This document shows, piece after piece, positions 1 through 14,364 of a DNA stretch of 64,000 bases; within the stretch, counting starts at the first letter, position 1, and the number at the start of each line of letters is the position of its first letter. The notes under the pieces are model-generated. The model was not told the DNA's origin. It did not search any database and saw nothing but the letters and a program-made list of their open reading frames with translations. The stretch is from Eledone cirrhosa (Eukaryota). A program made the translations under genes and the position numbers. The stretch is taken from NCBI GenBank assembly GCA_964016885.1, contig OZ024751.1:21452001-21516000 (forward strand). The letters are read 5' to 3'.

Positions 1-129
1 CCTGACTATTTCTTCTAGCAATATATATATTTCTCTTGTGGTTTTCGTTTGTTTATCAGTTGTTTATCAGGGCACAACTCCTCCTGTAAAAACTGTTGCT
101 CAAAGTCAGTTACGATTTCAGAACTTTGC

Positions 130-331
130 TGGAGAAGTATGCAGGAAGTTATATACAAGCTGCTATTGTGGGAACCAATTCAGGGGAGACGCACTGCTCG
201 ACCCTTCAATGATCAACTCTCAGACGATACAAACTTTAGTAGGGAACAGTTGTTAGGAGTGATGGAAAATCATGAAGTGTGGAGAGTCTTTGTCAAGAAT
301 GTTCGACTGTGATCTCAATGATGATGATGAT
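130..331 (+). mobile_element. RTE-type LINE 3' end fragment (family 2) ending in (GAT)n tail
   Basis: Translates to IYKLLLWEPIQGRR..MENHEVWRVFVKNVRL, resembling an RTE C-terminus; similar copy at 12050-12230. Confidence 0.6.
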
Positions 332-779
332 TGTAATTTATGTTTACATGGCTGTCTTATACATTGTAGATCCAGTTAGTCTAACTCTTACTTCTATTAA
401 TATATACTTCTCTTGTGGTTTTGGTTTACATGGCGGTATTACGTATTTATTTTTATAATTTTATTTTTATCTTAATATTAATTTACCTCTGTATATCTTT
501 TTTTTTTGTTTGTCTCTCAACCGTAAGAAGTATTAGATACTTCACCTAGTCTGTCATGTCGTACTAGCTCTATACAGACGTTTACATTGAATAAACAAAT
601 AAATAAATAAGTATATTGTGGTTTTGGTTTACATAGCTGTATTATATATTACACATCCAGTTTCAGTCTCTTTCTTCTAGTATTATATATATTTCTTTTG
701 TGATTATTGATCTCTGGGTTACCTTATGGAACTTTGTCTTCCCTTCTCTCACATATATGGAACATATATTATAGGGCCT

Positions 780-1292
780 ATTTCTTATTATATTTACCAT
801 TCCTAGGGTTCTCTTTCTTTCTCTCTATCTTTCGATGCAGTTAAATTGTATTGGTCTTCTTTTTGAAATATCTAGGGTTTGTTTTTTACTTTAATTTCAG
901 TTTCCTTACGTAAATCACTTTTCTTGGTGATCTTAGCCACCTAAAATGCTCCAATACATACAGGGTTACTTGGTTTTTCTTACTTGACTTTACAGATTCT
1001 ATTCTTTTTATATCGGGTTTCAGACTTGGTACGAAACGACGGACAATTCAAAGGTTTTGATATAAAATTACTGTCATCCTTGGTTTGATATTAATATCAC
1101 TGAGCAGGCACGATTAACATTTTTAGTTTTAAATTCACCAGACGTTATGGAAGAAGGTTGTGTCAAGTGTTTTGTAGAAGTCCTTTCAGAGCCTAGTAGG
1201 AACATTTTAAGACGAAAACATAGTTTAATTTAATATGATGGAATAAAAAGTCTTATAGTTGCCATATATCAATATTATATCAACGAAACATG
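780..1292. repeat. Segmental duplicate of 7045-7566 (upstream region of the 1025-aa gene)
   Basis: Long near-identical stretches, e.g. cagggttacttggtttttcttacttgacttt and gaagtcctttcagagcctagtaggaacattttaagacgaaaacatagttt, occur at both places. Confidence 0.9.
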
Positions 1293-2470
1293 TGAAATGG
1301 AGATTACATACTCACTGTGGATTTATACACTAAACACATGCATACCCCTACACACATACAATAATACATAGATATTCATATACACACTTCTACATGCACC
1401 CACATCCTATGATCTCTTAAATAAATTTAGGACTAAATTGCTTATCGGCCCCGAACTTCAGACTGACGGCACTGTAGTCTTTTCCTTATTCTATAAATAA
1501 TATATCAGCCCAGGAATTGCCAGAGCTTGCTTCAAATCGATTTTCGATGGCACAGGAAATCTTTGTGGCACAAATGTAAATTAATTTTCTCGTTACCCAC
1601 TTCCAAATAAATTCTTTGAACCAGGAAATGTAGTTTATTTCTTTCAAAAGATCGTTGCCACTATTTTTTTTTTTCGACCATGTGTGTTTATTGTTTAGAC
1701 AAAGTGTGTGCTTGTATTGTTTGTTAATTTGTGTGAGACTATGTTTGATTATGTTTTTAATGCTATGGTGGTTGGTATTTATGTGTTGGTGTTAGCCTGT
1801 ATTTATTGTTTTGTTTAGATGTATCGATGTAATTATGTATGTACGTTTAATTTTTGCAAAGTGCCTTGTGCTCTAGAGTCATGTAAATGTTTGGTCATTT
1901 GATACTGTAACGTTTTTCCGAGTTATCTTACAGAATGTGTGTTGGTGTTGGTGTTGGTGTTGGTGTTGGCGTTGGTGTTGGTGTTAGTGTTGTTGTTGGT
2001 GGTAATAAAATTTTGTATCAGTTTTTAAATTGCATTGGTTGATGACGCATTCTTTTTGGCAGTAGACGCCCAATGGATATTCATTTGTGCTAAAGCAATT
2101 ACACATCCTTGTTACCGTTCGTACTTTTCGATTCAATGTATATCCTACGCAATTTTAAATTGGACAGGCTGGATAAAAACGATATTCTGAACACGATTAA
2201 CAGTGGTAGAATAGAAACCTTTCACAGTATTTTCTGTTTAAAGTTTTATAGTAGTGATGCTGGGGATGAAACTGTTTTTAGGAAGCGAAAAAGTTTTGAT
2301 GACAGATGTAGTTACTTTTGGTACCGTTGACTAGGTCGTCTATCACTTGGAGGGAGAGGTATGATAATTCCCAGTTTAATTCATTCTGCTTTAGGGTGTC
2401 ATTATAATATGGAGCACACTCTTTGAATGTTTGTTCCTTAACAGATAGGAGAAAGATACACGGAGAGATG

Positions 2471-2653
2471 TTTGGCAGTATCAGTAGAGAGTCGGACACC
2501 ATGCTTTCCAGCATAGTTACGTCCCTTTACGGTCTGAGTTCAAATCCCGCCGAGGTTAACTTTGCCTTTCATCCTTACGGGGTCGATAAAATAAAGTACC
2601 AGTAATGTACTGGGTATTTGCTGGCTTTGTGCCAAAAGTAGAAACAATTATTA
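2471..2653 (+). mobile_element. tRNA-derived SINE with Meta-like core (dominant family)
   Basis: A-box-like TGGCAGTATCAGTAG, B-box GAGTTCAAATCC, core GCCTTTCATCCTTACGGGGTCGATAAAATAAAGTACC, (ATT) tail; more than 10 copies in window. Confidence 0.85.
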
Positions 2654-3707
2654 GTAATAGACCTAAAGAGGTTCGATTTCCTATTTATGTGATGTGTTTT
2701 ATTGGTTTTTCGGTATGAGTAGAATCTCCAGTAAATATAAGATGGGGATTGTAGTCTCTAATATACAAATCGAGACATCCTTTTGATCAGCTAGAAATAG
2801 CAGCCATATCTCTTTCAAATCACACTCTACAAACAATGTAGTTTCAAATATACAAACCCCACCCCCGGGGCAGTTACTGTTGAAACGGCTTTTATTATAT
2901 TACAGCCTTAGGAAGTTGGATTGGCAGTAATGCTAGAGCGCCGAATAATGTATTTGTGGCATAGAGTTAAACCCCCCCCCCCTCCTTTACATTCTGGGTT
3001 GAAATCCTGTCGAAGTTAGCTTTAATTTTCATCCTTACCATTATATTACAGCCAAGATTGGCTGAAAAACTATAATACGTCAACATTGATCTCATTTGAA
3101 TTATAATAGTCTGAATAATTAATATATAAATCACGAGAAATGCTGCTTGTTTCCTTTTTATTGATTCTAAATTATCTGACTAAATTTAATCTGTTTGCTG
3201 ATATTTGACCCGCCATCTATGAACATTCTTTCCTGTCAACTGTCAAGTTTGATATATTTGTTCAATAATTCGAATAACTCTATGATTATTTAGATTTAGA
3301 TTTTTTATATGCTTTTTATTTTTATTTTTTCTGACTTTTAATTTTTATTTTTTCTTACTTTTTGTTGTTTTTTTACATTTTAATTTTCCAGAAAATGTAA
3401 TTGTAGAACGTTCACACCATAGGACGTTCGCACTAACAAAATATAATTCTGATAAAATCCGTAAGTATTCTTATATAGTTCACCTCACCACATAACGTTT
3501 GTCAAAATCAATTATACATTTCACCTATGCATCGTCTTCACGAATTTTCTCAATGGTTTCGAGATATGAAATAAGAGAGACTTTCAGGAAAATGTAATTA
3601 TGATACGTTCGTACTAACACACACCTATTTTGATATAGTCTCTACATAATTTTTCAACGTATTTTATACAAAACACATTCATCTGTATTTATCGTGTGTA
3701 TGTCATC

Positions 3708-6700
3708 TTATCTCGGTGGAGATAATCCTATTTCGTAATGATCACGAAACAAGTATTCCTGCAGCCTTTTGAGATCATCAGCTGAATCAGTCATACTTCT
3801 GCCTCTATAACTAAAAATGTTTTTATGTTCTTCCTCCGAAAATATTACAGGTGGCAGATGCCTTCCGGCCAATTTACGTTCTCGAAGTATTTTTTCATCG
3901 CGCTCTCTTTGATAGGATGGATTCAGATATCTAAGCATTGTTTCATTACGCTCTATCACAGAATAATTGGTAGGTCTTTGTATTACATCATAAATATTTG
4001 AATCAATATTCGTTTGACTTCTAGAAATTCTTTCATTGCGCTCAGGCAAATCACTCTTAATACACCCCCTAAGTCTTTTTGATTTGCACTCATCACATAA
4101 TTCCTCGCTCATTTCACAATATTCATCAGCAGGACGTGATACAGTTGGGTGGTAATCCTTAAGATCTTCTTCGAATACCTCATCAACATTTTCTCTAAAT
4201 ACCACAGAAGGGATATCTGAAACAGTATTCGTTCGTCTTCTGGAAGTTGTACGTGAAACGATTGGCGTCCCACTTTCAGTAATCGTTCGTCTCTTAGGAA
4301 TCATACGTGGAATGTATGGGGGCTCTCTTTCAGCATTTCTGGCATTCCTTCGGTTTTTATGTTCTTTCAAAAGACATTCATGTTGCTCCACATCTGGAAT
4401 ATTACAACTGTAGTAAGAAGTGGAATATTTCTGTTCTCTACGTATTTTTTCATCGCGTTTTCTAAGAATCTTCTCCCATGGATTTTTTACAGGTAGAAAT
4501 TCATTCGAATCAGACAATGAATCTGCAATCTGTTTTCTAAATAGTTCCAAACGTTTCTGGCGTGTGATTTGATCCCAAACTCTCCAATAGTATTCGTCAT
4601 CGTCTCCTGCTAAAGTGTGCAGGCATAATTCGGGGTCTTCTTCTTCATAAAGTTCCTCAACTGTTTCTAAACAGGCAACAGGAGGTAACCTTTCCGAAAA
4701 AAATCTTGGTGGCACATATCTAGGGCACCATCCTTGTGCAACACGTTTTTCAAAACGTTTTTTATATATTTTTCGTGCCCTGTTATGAATATCTAAATCA
4801 GAAGTTTGATGATTTTCTGATTGCCTATCCCTCGATTTATTCCTAGGTCTTAACCATGGAATGTATAGCTGTTTTATTCCACTCTTCGCACGTCTTCTGG
4901 AACTTGCACGTGGAACGATTTCGCGTTCTCTTTCAGTATTTGGCCATCTAGAAGTTACGTTTGATAAGTTTGGAGGCTCTCCTTCAATATACGTTCGTCT
5001 TCTAGAATTTTCCTGTAGAAAATGTCGAGGCTGACATTCAGTGTTCGATCGTTTTCTAACAGTTACTAACTGTGGTAAGTGTCGAAGCGCTCCTTCAGTA
5101 TTCACTCGTCTTCTAGATGTTATATGTGGAATGTATTGATGGTTATTTAAGTACTCCACTTGACGCCTGGAAAATAAGGATTCACGAAATGCATGCGGTA
5201 ATGTTGAGGGTTCATTTGAAGTTCTCACTGCATGTTGAGGAAGTACATGCGGTATTGTTCGGGGCATTACGTGATTTCTAAGGTAGGTGTGCGGTAACAT
5301 TCGGGGTATTCTTGAAGGTCTCACTTGATCCCAAGGAATTGCGTACGGTATTCGTCGAGGTATTCTAGAAAGCTTCTCTTGATTTTTAGGCTTTGAAAGC
5401 AATCTTTCAGTTTGCTCTTGGTTTCTAGGAATTACATTCGCTATCCTTCGAGGTATTCTTGAAGGTCGCACTAGTTTATCAAGGGGAGGAGGATGTGGAG
5501 TTTTTGAGCGCATTCTTCCAATCCCCACTTGGTTTCTAGGAATTACATTAGCTAAACTTTGAGGTTTTCCTGAAGGCTGTACATGACTCTCAGGAGGAGG
5601 GCATGGCATTTTCGAGGGCAATCTTTCAGTCTCCACATGATTGTTAGGAATAAAATTTGTTAATCTTCGTAGTATTTCCAAAGGCCGCACTTGGGTCTCA
5701 TGCTGAGGAAGAGGAGGGCGTAGAATATTTGAGTTCATTCTTTCATTTTCTTCTGGATTTCTAGGAATTAGATTTTCTAATCTTCGTGGAAATCCTGAAG
5801 ACGGTAGTTGACTCTCAATACGAGGGGTAGGCGGAGGAGGAGGAGGAGGAGGAGGAGGAGGAGGAGGACGTGGAATTTTTGAACGCTTTCTTTCAATATC
5901 CTCTCGGTTTCTCGTAATTACATTCGATAATCTTTGAGGTAGTCCTGAAGGCCGTACTTGGCTCTCATGAGGGGGAGAAGAAGGAGTGCATGGAATTTTA
6001 GAGAGAATTCTTTCAGTCTCCACTTGGTTTCTATGAATTGCATTCGTTAATCTTCGGGGTATCCTCGAAGGCCGCACGTGGCTCTTAGGAGGGGGAGGAG
6101 GAGGGCGTGGCATTTTTGAGAGCATTCTTTCAGTCTCCAGTTGGTTTCTAGGAATTATATTCACAAATCTTCGGGGTATCTTCGAAGGCAGCACTTGAAT
6201 TTCCGATGAAGGGTGTGGAATGCTTAGGAGCATTGTTTCAATTCTCTCTGGACTTTTACTTGGCCAAGTATAGCGACGCATCCTTGTAACTGTTAATGAT
6301 CTAACGCGGGGTTTCTTGATTCCTGTTCGTGTCTCACCTTCCATTTGCTGTACCGAATCAGGTTCGATAGAGTTTATAGTTTCTTTCATGTCTGTCATAA
6401 CAAGACTTTTTGAACGAAATTTACCCGCTTTTTCTCGTTCCTTTCGAAATCTATTCGCATTTGCGAATAGTTCAGCCACTGTAAATTCTGGCATTTCAAC
6501 AAATCTCATTGGTGTTATATGTGATTTTGAGACCCAACGTGGTGATATATAAGCTATTTCCATAGGGTCTGATATTTCTTCTTCGAGTAAGATCTCTGAT
6601 TTAGTTTTTCTTCCCCGTGGGTTATCCCTTACCTGTTGCTCTAAATCAAATGGTCCCCTATCTGCCTCATAAATATCATCCATAGTATATTGTGGGACAG

Positions 6701-6785
6701 GATCTTCATAAAATGGTCTTACATATAATAAGTCTGCATCTCCTTGCCTTGTTTCGCAGTGAAAAGATTTATGCGCTGTTTTCAT
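3708..6785 (-). CDS. Uncharacterised 1025-aa Pro/Arg-rich, low-complexity repeat protein (single uninterrupted ORF)
   Basis: 3078-nt open frame in AT-rich DNA; about 8 degenerate ~40-aa repeats (VRPSRIPRRxxNVIPRNQxETERxxSKxPxPPP) and RRRTNTE-type repeats; no RT or transposase motifs seen. Confidence 0.75.
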   Translation of the reverse strand: MKTAHKSFHCETRQGDADLLYVRPFYEDPVPQYTMDDIYEADRGPFDLEQQVRDNPRGRKTKSEILLEEEISDPMEIAYISPRWVSKSHITPMRFVEMPEFTVAELFANANRFRKEREKAGKFRSKSLVMTDMKETINSIEPDSVQQMEGETRTGIKKPRVRSLTVTRMRRYTWPSKSPERIETMLLSIPHPSSEIQVLPSKIPRRFVNIIPRNQLETERMLSKMPRPPPPPPKSHVRPSRIPRRLTNAIHRNQVETERILSKIPCTPSSPPHESQVRPSGLPQRLSNVITRNREDIERKRSKIPRPPPPPPPPPPPPPTPRIESQLPSSGFPRRLENLIPRNPEENERMNSNILRPPLPQHETQVRPLEILRRLTNFIPNNHVETERLPSKMPCPPPESHVQPSGKPQSLANVIPRNQVGIGRMRSKTPHPPPLDKLVRPSRIPRRIANVIPRNQEQTERLLSKPKNQEKLSRIPRRIPYAIPWDQVRPSRIPRMLPHTYLRNHVMPRTIPHVLPQHAVRTSNEPSTLPHAFRESLFSRRQVEYLNNHQYIPHITSRRRVNTEGALRHLPQLVTVRKRSNTECQPRHFLQENSRRRTYIEGEPPNLSNVTSRWPNTEREREIVPRASSRRRAKSGIKQLYIPWLRPRNKSRDRQSENHQTSDLDIHNRARKIYKKRFEKRVAQGWCPRYVPPRFFSERLPPVACLETVEELYEEEDPELCLHTLAGDDDEYYWRVWDQITRQKRLELFRKQIADSLSDSNEFLPVKNPWEKILRKRDEKIRREQKYSTSYYSCNIPDVEQHECLLKEHKNRRNARNAEREPPYIPRMIPKRRTITESGTPIVSRTTSRRRTNTVSDIPSVVFRENVDEVFEEDLKDYHPTVSRPADEYCEMSEELCDECKSKRLRGCIKSDLPERNERISRSQTNIDSNIYDVIQRPTNYSVIERNETMLRYLNPSYQRERDEKILRERKLAGRHLPPVIFSEEEHKNIFSYRGRSMTDSADDLKRLQEYLFRDHYEIGLSPPR

Positions 6786-7044
6786 ATTCCCGTCAGAAAT
6801 ATCTCTATTTTCTTTTGTTCAGAAACTCTACAGAACTTCTTTTGTGATGTATATCCTATATTATTATATCAAAATGTTAATCAAAGTTGAAAATTTGTTA
6901 TGTAATGCAGATTCACTGAATTAATATCGTTCTGTTAATAATATACATGTTAATAATATAGATGTTAGTAATATATATTTCTCTTGTGTTTTTGTTCTCT
7001 GAGTCATTTTGATGTGGTTACTCTGCTTTCATAATTATATTAAA

Positions 7045-7566
7045 AATTACTTATTATATTTACCATTCGTAGGGTTCTCCCGTTATCTCTATCTTTCCAT
7101 ACAGTTAAATTGTTCTTATTCACAGCTCCACTGGCTTTATTGTGTTGGTGTACTTTTTGAAATATGTTTTTTACATTAACTTCAACTTCTTTGCTTAAAT
7201 CCCTTTTCTTATTGATCTTAGCCACCTAAAATGCATACAGGGTTACTTGGTTTTTCTTACTTGACTTTATAGATTCTATTCTTTTTATATCCGGTTTCAG
7301 ACTTGGTACGAAATGACGGACAATTCAGAAGTTTTATATAAAATTGTTGTCATCCTTGGTTTGACATTAATATCATTGAGCAGGCATGATTAACATTTTT
7401 AATTTTAAATTCACCAGACGTTATGGGAGAAGGTTCTGTCGTGTGTTTTGTAGAAGTCCTTTCAGAGCCTAGTAGGAACATTTTAAGACGAAAACATAGT
7501 TTAGTTTATGTGATGGAATATAATGTCTTATAGATGCCATATATCAACACTATATCAACGAAACAT
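7045..7566. repeat. Segmental duplicate of 780-1292
   Basis: Direct sequence match to 780-1292. Confidence 0.9.
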
Positions 7567-8095
7567 TAATAATACATATATATTGAGTGTTTATGAATTA
7601 AACGCATGTATGCAGAGGGATAGGTGTACACATATAAAAACATGCATGCAATTGGCGGACATGCATACATACACCCAAATTTAACGTACATCTCTACAAG
7701 TACACAGATGGATTGGTTCTCCGGTATCCACACTCATGATGAATTCAAGTGCTCAAATTGCCAGTGATGACACCCAACCATAACATTAGAAGATAAAATA
7801 GAAGCCACGCAATTCCCTCCCCCCCTCCTCCATGCAGCCATTTGTCGAACGGAGGGTGGTGATGCCGAGATTAGTATTTGTAGTGTTAAATGTACCTATG
7901 TCGAGTGTAATCATGGTTAAAAAGAATGCAGAGAAAAAGTAAAATAAAAATATAGGTCCATGCAGAAAACTAACAGAATAATTGCAGCCCAAGTGAATTA
8001 TCCTCGTAGTAATTTAGTAGAGTAAACGGAAACGTTATTGACAATGTAAAGATTTGAACTATGAAAACATTTGATATTTCTGTGTGTATTTATAT

Positions 8096-8192
<97 letters not shown>

Positions 8193-8597
8193 CATGCATA
8201 CATACATACACACATACATACATACATACATACATAGTTAGGAAATTACAAGTACAATCCATTAATGGAACAGTAAAAATATGTAAAACATTCCAAAAAT
8301 GTTGCATCTAATAACTGCATATACACATGTACAGATACAAAGCGTATGCACATGCACACATACAACTCAAAACATACACATCCACACATACTATAACATC
8401 CATATCTACACATGCATGCATACATACATATCTACCTAGTTGATGTTGTGTAAATTCCAATGAGAGAGTCTTGTGTCTATGTTAGAAACCGACTCTCTCT
8501 CTATTGGTAAAAATTTGTGAAATTATAAAACCAGAAGAACATACATACATACATACATACATACATACATACATACATACATACATACATACATACA

Positions 8598-9355
<758 letters not shown>

Positions 9356-9694
9356 TATATTTCTATTCGGGACGTAATCCTATGTAATATGGATCATTTA
9401 TTCACTTTCTTGCTAAAGGTCTGGATTCTGTATTCTGAAAATGTCTCTATGATGTGTATGATAGTAAATCCCGAGGAAGTTGTAGGGGTTGCCATATCTA
9501 CATATAGCGTTTCTTAAGGCCTTTTTAAATCTGGTGGAGCCCATTCACTCTCACCAGGTCTGAGTACTAAATACAGCAGATTTTTCCCAAGGAAGGATAG
9601 AGTGTGAGCGAGAGGAAGTGAGAAAGAGATATAGTGGAAGAATCGAACCCAGTGTAAGTCAGTGAAAATCAGCTGCCTCACGTAACTTACTGGG

Positions 9695-9842
9695 ATGGAC
9701 ATCCGTCGGTTTCAATGAAGAGTGTTCCAGTTGTTCGATCAATGGAATAACCTACTCGTGAAATTAACGTATAAGTGACTGAGGATTCCACAGACACGTG
9801 TACCCATAACGTAATTCTCTGGGAGTTTCAGCGTGATACACC
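9695..9842 (+). repeat. Dispersed repeat (SINE-like body), related copies near 13320-13445 (-), 16170-16280 (-), 18590-18750 (+)
   Basis: Shared motif ctcgtgaaattaacgt..tccacagacacgtgtaccc..cagcgtga. Confidence 0.6.
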
Positions 9843-10097
9843 CATGGTATGGGTCGAACCGAGACTATAATAAATGACATTTGATGAAAATGTCACACAA
9901 TGATATCAAACCCGGGTCTTAAATAAACTTCTTAACTGCTCGGCCAAGCTAGGTCCTAATTGAACGTCCCTTAAGATCAAAGGTCTTCCAATAGTGACCC
10001 TCCTATCTTAATATACAGTATCAGGGTAGTATTTTGTTCAGCTCAAGTCAGCTCTGATTGAGCAGGCCTGTGCATTCCAGTCAAGATCATTTTGTCT

Positions 10098-10514
<417 letters not shown>

Positions 10515-12049
10515 TTCCCCCTTTTTTTTTACTGTAGAGTTAAAAGTTTGAGCTGTTAATTCTTGCATGTCGCGAAGCCGCGTAGCATAAGAGCAGCATA
10601 TAGTTAAGAGTATAAATTTTATATAGCTACTTACGTTTAACAGCCTATCTGAGATCCGGAAAGGGAATTTATGAAAATGCTGAACCCACAAAATATAATT
10701 CCAATATGACGTGAAAAGAATGGCGGTATATCACTTGGCGGGAATTATGGATGACGTCATAATTGCGGAAAAAGTTAGAACAGTTGTGAGTTCAAATACC
10801 ATCGAAGTCAACCAATTTTCTCATTTATCCTTATGGTAGGTGGCCAATTGGCAGTGACGATAGAATCATGATGTTTTATCATCATCATCATCATCATCAC
10901 TATTATTATTATAATTTCTTTATTATCTACAAGGGCTCAAATGCAGGATACAAAACAATAGGCGTTTAAATACATGTAATACCAACAATAAAAAATTCCC
11001 CAATACGGAATACACCGACTTCATTTCTTGACTGTTAGAATGGCGTGATTAGCTGACATTCCAGATGCCAGACACCAAGCTTAGGTTTGCAGCTTTGTCA
11101 AAGAGACGAGATGTGGGAGGGCGGGCCTAAGAAAAGATGACCCCCCCCCCACACACACACACACACAATCACACAATCACACACACACACACCATCTAGT
11201 AGTCTTTATATATGTTGCATAACGGGCACATGTCCACGCATTATCAGCCACAGCTTACCATGCTGGAGAACGAAAGTAAGAGAAGCACTTTCGCTCTTTA
11301 AAACATTTCTGGTTGGCTAGCTGGCTGGCTGGTTGGATGGTTGGATGGTTGGCTGGCGAGCAAGGATGACGCCATCTTTAAGATTAAGGAGGGGTTTTTT
11401 TTTTATAAAAAGAAAGAAAACACTTCAAAACTATTAAATTGACCGCATTACTGGTACTTTATTTTATCGACCTTGGAAGGATGAAAGAAAAAGTTAACCG
11501 GGATTTCAACTCAGAATGTAAAAGAAATATAATAAAATATAACAAAGTCCAACCGATAGGCCATTGAGAATATACCATTTATATGCTTAGTTTTTGATTT
11601 TCATACAACACATCTGGGGACAACTTAATTTATACGTGATAAATCTTAGACTATTTATATACACCTCAAAAGTTGCACATTAACCTGTAAAAAAAATCGA
11701 AATAACTATAATTTCTGTGATTACGCATTCCTGTGCTGGATTGTTCAACCAATTACGAATAGCATAATGTATATACATACATTACATACATATGCATACA
11801 TGTATGTATAGTCCCGCAACTCCCAAAGCTATATTAATATACAACGTTTCTATGGAATTTGTTAATCTGGCGGAACCTATTTCCTTTCTCCAGGTCTGAT
11901 TACAGCAGATTTATCCCAGAGAAGGATAGATAGTGAAAGAGAGAAAGGAAATGAGAAAGAGATATAGAGAATAGGAGATATAGAGAATAGGAGAATAGGA
12001 GATGGGAGATATAGAGACTAGGAGAATAGGAGATAGGAGAAGTAAGCAG

Positions 12050-12230
12050 ATGTATACACAAGCTACTATTGTGGGAACCAACTCAAGGGGAGCGCGGTAG
12101 AGGAAGACCCGTTCGAACCGTCATCGATCAAACCTCAGTAGATAGCAGTTGGCAGGAACAATAGAAAATCGTAAATTGTGGAGAGACTTTGTCAAAAACG
12201 TTCGACTGCGATTACGATGATGATGATTAT
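12050..12230 (+). mobile_element. RTE-type LINE 3' end fragment (family 2)
   Basis: Similar to 130-331, with (GAT)n tail. Confidence 0.55.
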
Positions 12231-12346
12231 AAATATGTTGTTTTTTTTTAAATATTAGTGTGCAATTTTAACGAGAGACGACAATCAGTTTTGAGGTGTT
12301 TGTAGTATTCTAAGAATAATCATGTATCAGTATTAAGTAGTCTCTA

Positions 12347-12537
12347 GGGCGGTGGATTGGCAGTATCGGTAGAGGGTCGGACGCCATGCTTTCCAGCATA
12401 GTTACGTCCCTTTACGATCTGAGTTCAAATCCCGCCGAGGTTGACTTTGCCTTTCATCCTTACGGGGTCGATAAAATAAAGTACCAGTAATGCACTGGAT
12501 AATTGCTGGCCTTGTGCCTAAAGTAGAAACAATTATT
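12347..12537 (+). mobile_element. tRNA-derived Meta-like SINE, full length
   Basis: Near-identical to copies at 30619 and 27272. Confidence 0.88.
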
Positions 12538-12786
12538 AAGTAGTCTCTAGATTCGTTACTCCAAAGTATTCGGTGTGTAGGTGTATAGCGGCACAATATA
12601 ATCCCGGAAAGAAGCAATGTAGTTATAAAGAAGAAGAGTTGAAATTAATGCGTGTAAGGTTTCACAGCTCTAGCATCACGTCTTCATAATGAGCCTATGA
12701 GTTTTTCAACCGACCCTCTTACGTTAAGTTGACCAGCAGATTCGTTGTTCCAACGTGTTCGATGTATAGCGGCATAATATATTTGT

Positions 12787-12977
12787 TCATCGTTCATGCC
12801 ACAGAAACCTCTCATCGCCGAGCATCGCAGCAAGTTCTTCTATGGAAGGTTTGTATATATTATACAGTGTACTTCTCGTTTTTTCTAGCATGGGTCCTAG
12901 TTTCTTTTTCTCCTTACTTCTTTCAAAGATATGTTTTCCAGACGTTATTTCTTCCAACTTCTCCATACTTAGAGGCT
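12787..12977 (-). CDS. CHST15: CHST15-like sulfotransferase, coding exon 7 (last)
   Basis: ttgtag acceptor, phase 1; KPLSMEKLEEITSG..LGPMLEKTRSTLYNIYKPSIEELAAMLGDERFLWHER*, typical CHST15 C-terminus. Confidence 0.88.
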
Positions 12978-13495
12978 CTACAAGGTAAAAAGAAACAAGG
13001 TGAATATAAAGTTACATTGAGAGTAGTATTGCTCTAGTTAATGGTATGGTGAATGGCATGGCTCTGGTGAGTGGTATGCTGAGTGGTAGGATAAGTGGTA
13101 GGTTCTGTTGAGGGGTATTGTGAGGGGTATGGCGAGTGGTATGGTTCCAGTGAGTACATAGTGCCAAGCAGAATCTTCCTAAGTATTGCGTTAAGGGTGA
13201 ACGTAGGACATGATTTTGGTGAGTAATATGGTGAGTGGTATGCTAAGTGGTATGCTGGATAGTAGGGCTTTCGTGAGTGGTATGGTTCTAGTAGGAGGTA
13301 TGGATCCGGTGGATTCATAATGTCAAGCTGAATCTCCCTCAGAACTGCATCATGAGTGCACGTGTGTGTGGAATGTTCATTCAATTACATGGTAACTACA
13401 CGTGAAGGCCGGTACGTTGTTCTTAACAACTGGAACACTCCACCAAGATGGCGTTATTAATGGAGTCAGTTTTTATTATTGAAATATGTACTTAC

Positions 13496-13643
13496 TCATT
13501 TCTAAGAATTCAAAAATCCTCTTTAAGGTTCCGCTCATATCATTTTTGTAATCCTCCGTACGAATTATAAAAAATTGTTTCCGTGGGAAAACTTTTAACC
13601 ATTCTTTCAAATAATCTGAATACATTCCGATTAGTAAACGTAC
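13496..13643 (-). CDS. CHST15: CHST15-like coding exon 6
   Basis: ccag/gtaag boundaries; VRLLIGMYSDYLKEWLKVFPRKQFFIIRTEDY..IFEFLEM. Confidence 0.92.
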
Positions 13644-14058
13644 CTGGAAAAATGAGATAAAAAAAAATTCATTCAAAACCAATGAGACTGAAAATATAAA
13701 TTTAAGCATAAAAGAGTTAATCATAGACAAAGAATTTAATTAGGCCATTTTACTGCTTTTACCAACGTGCTATTTTTTTTTATTATTCTTGTTTTGTCGA
13801 ACATTTCGACTCATTTAATCTGTCCTCATTCTATCGTTCTCTTTTTGTCGAACCGGTAGAGTCTGATTTTCCGTCTTGGGTCCAGTTTCCCTAATGGACT
13901 CAACTCCCCTCCCTAATTTCTTTAATCTTGCACACAAACACTCGCGCTTACTTTTATGACCCTAGCCACTGTCACCCTGTCTTGTCTATTGTTATACATG
14001 CGCGCACGCACACCTCAACACTTATCCTCACAGCTTTGTACGGACCAACAACTGACAT

Positions 14059-14091
<33 letters not shown>

Positions 14092-14162
14092 AGGTAAATG
14101 GAACATGTAAATTAAATAATGTATTAATTGTTAAACCTTGGTGTTCTATTTTCTGCAATTAA

Positions 14163-14261
<99 letters not shown>

Positions 14262-14364
14262 AGTGTGCGTATGTGTGTGCGTCTGTGTTTGGTTGTTTGT
14301 CTCTGTGTGTAAATACATATATACAATACACTACAACACATCTAAGGCAACTTCAGTTACTTAC

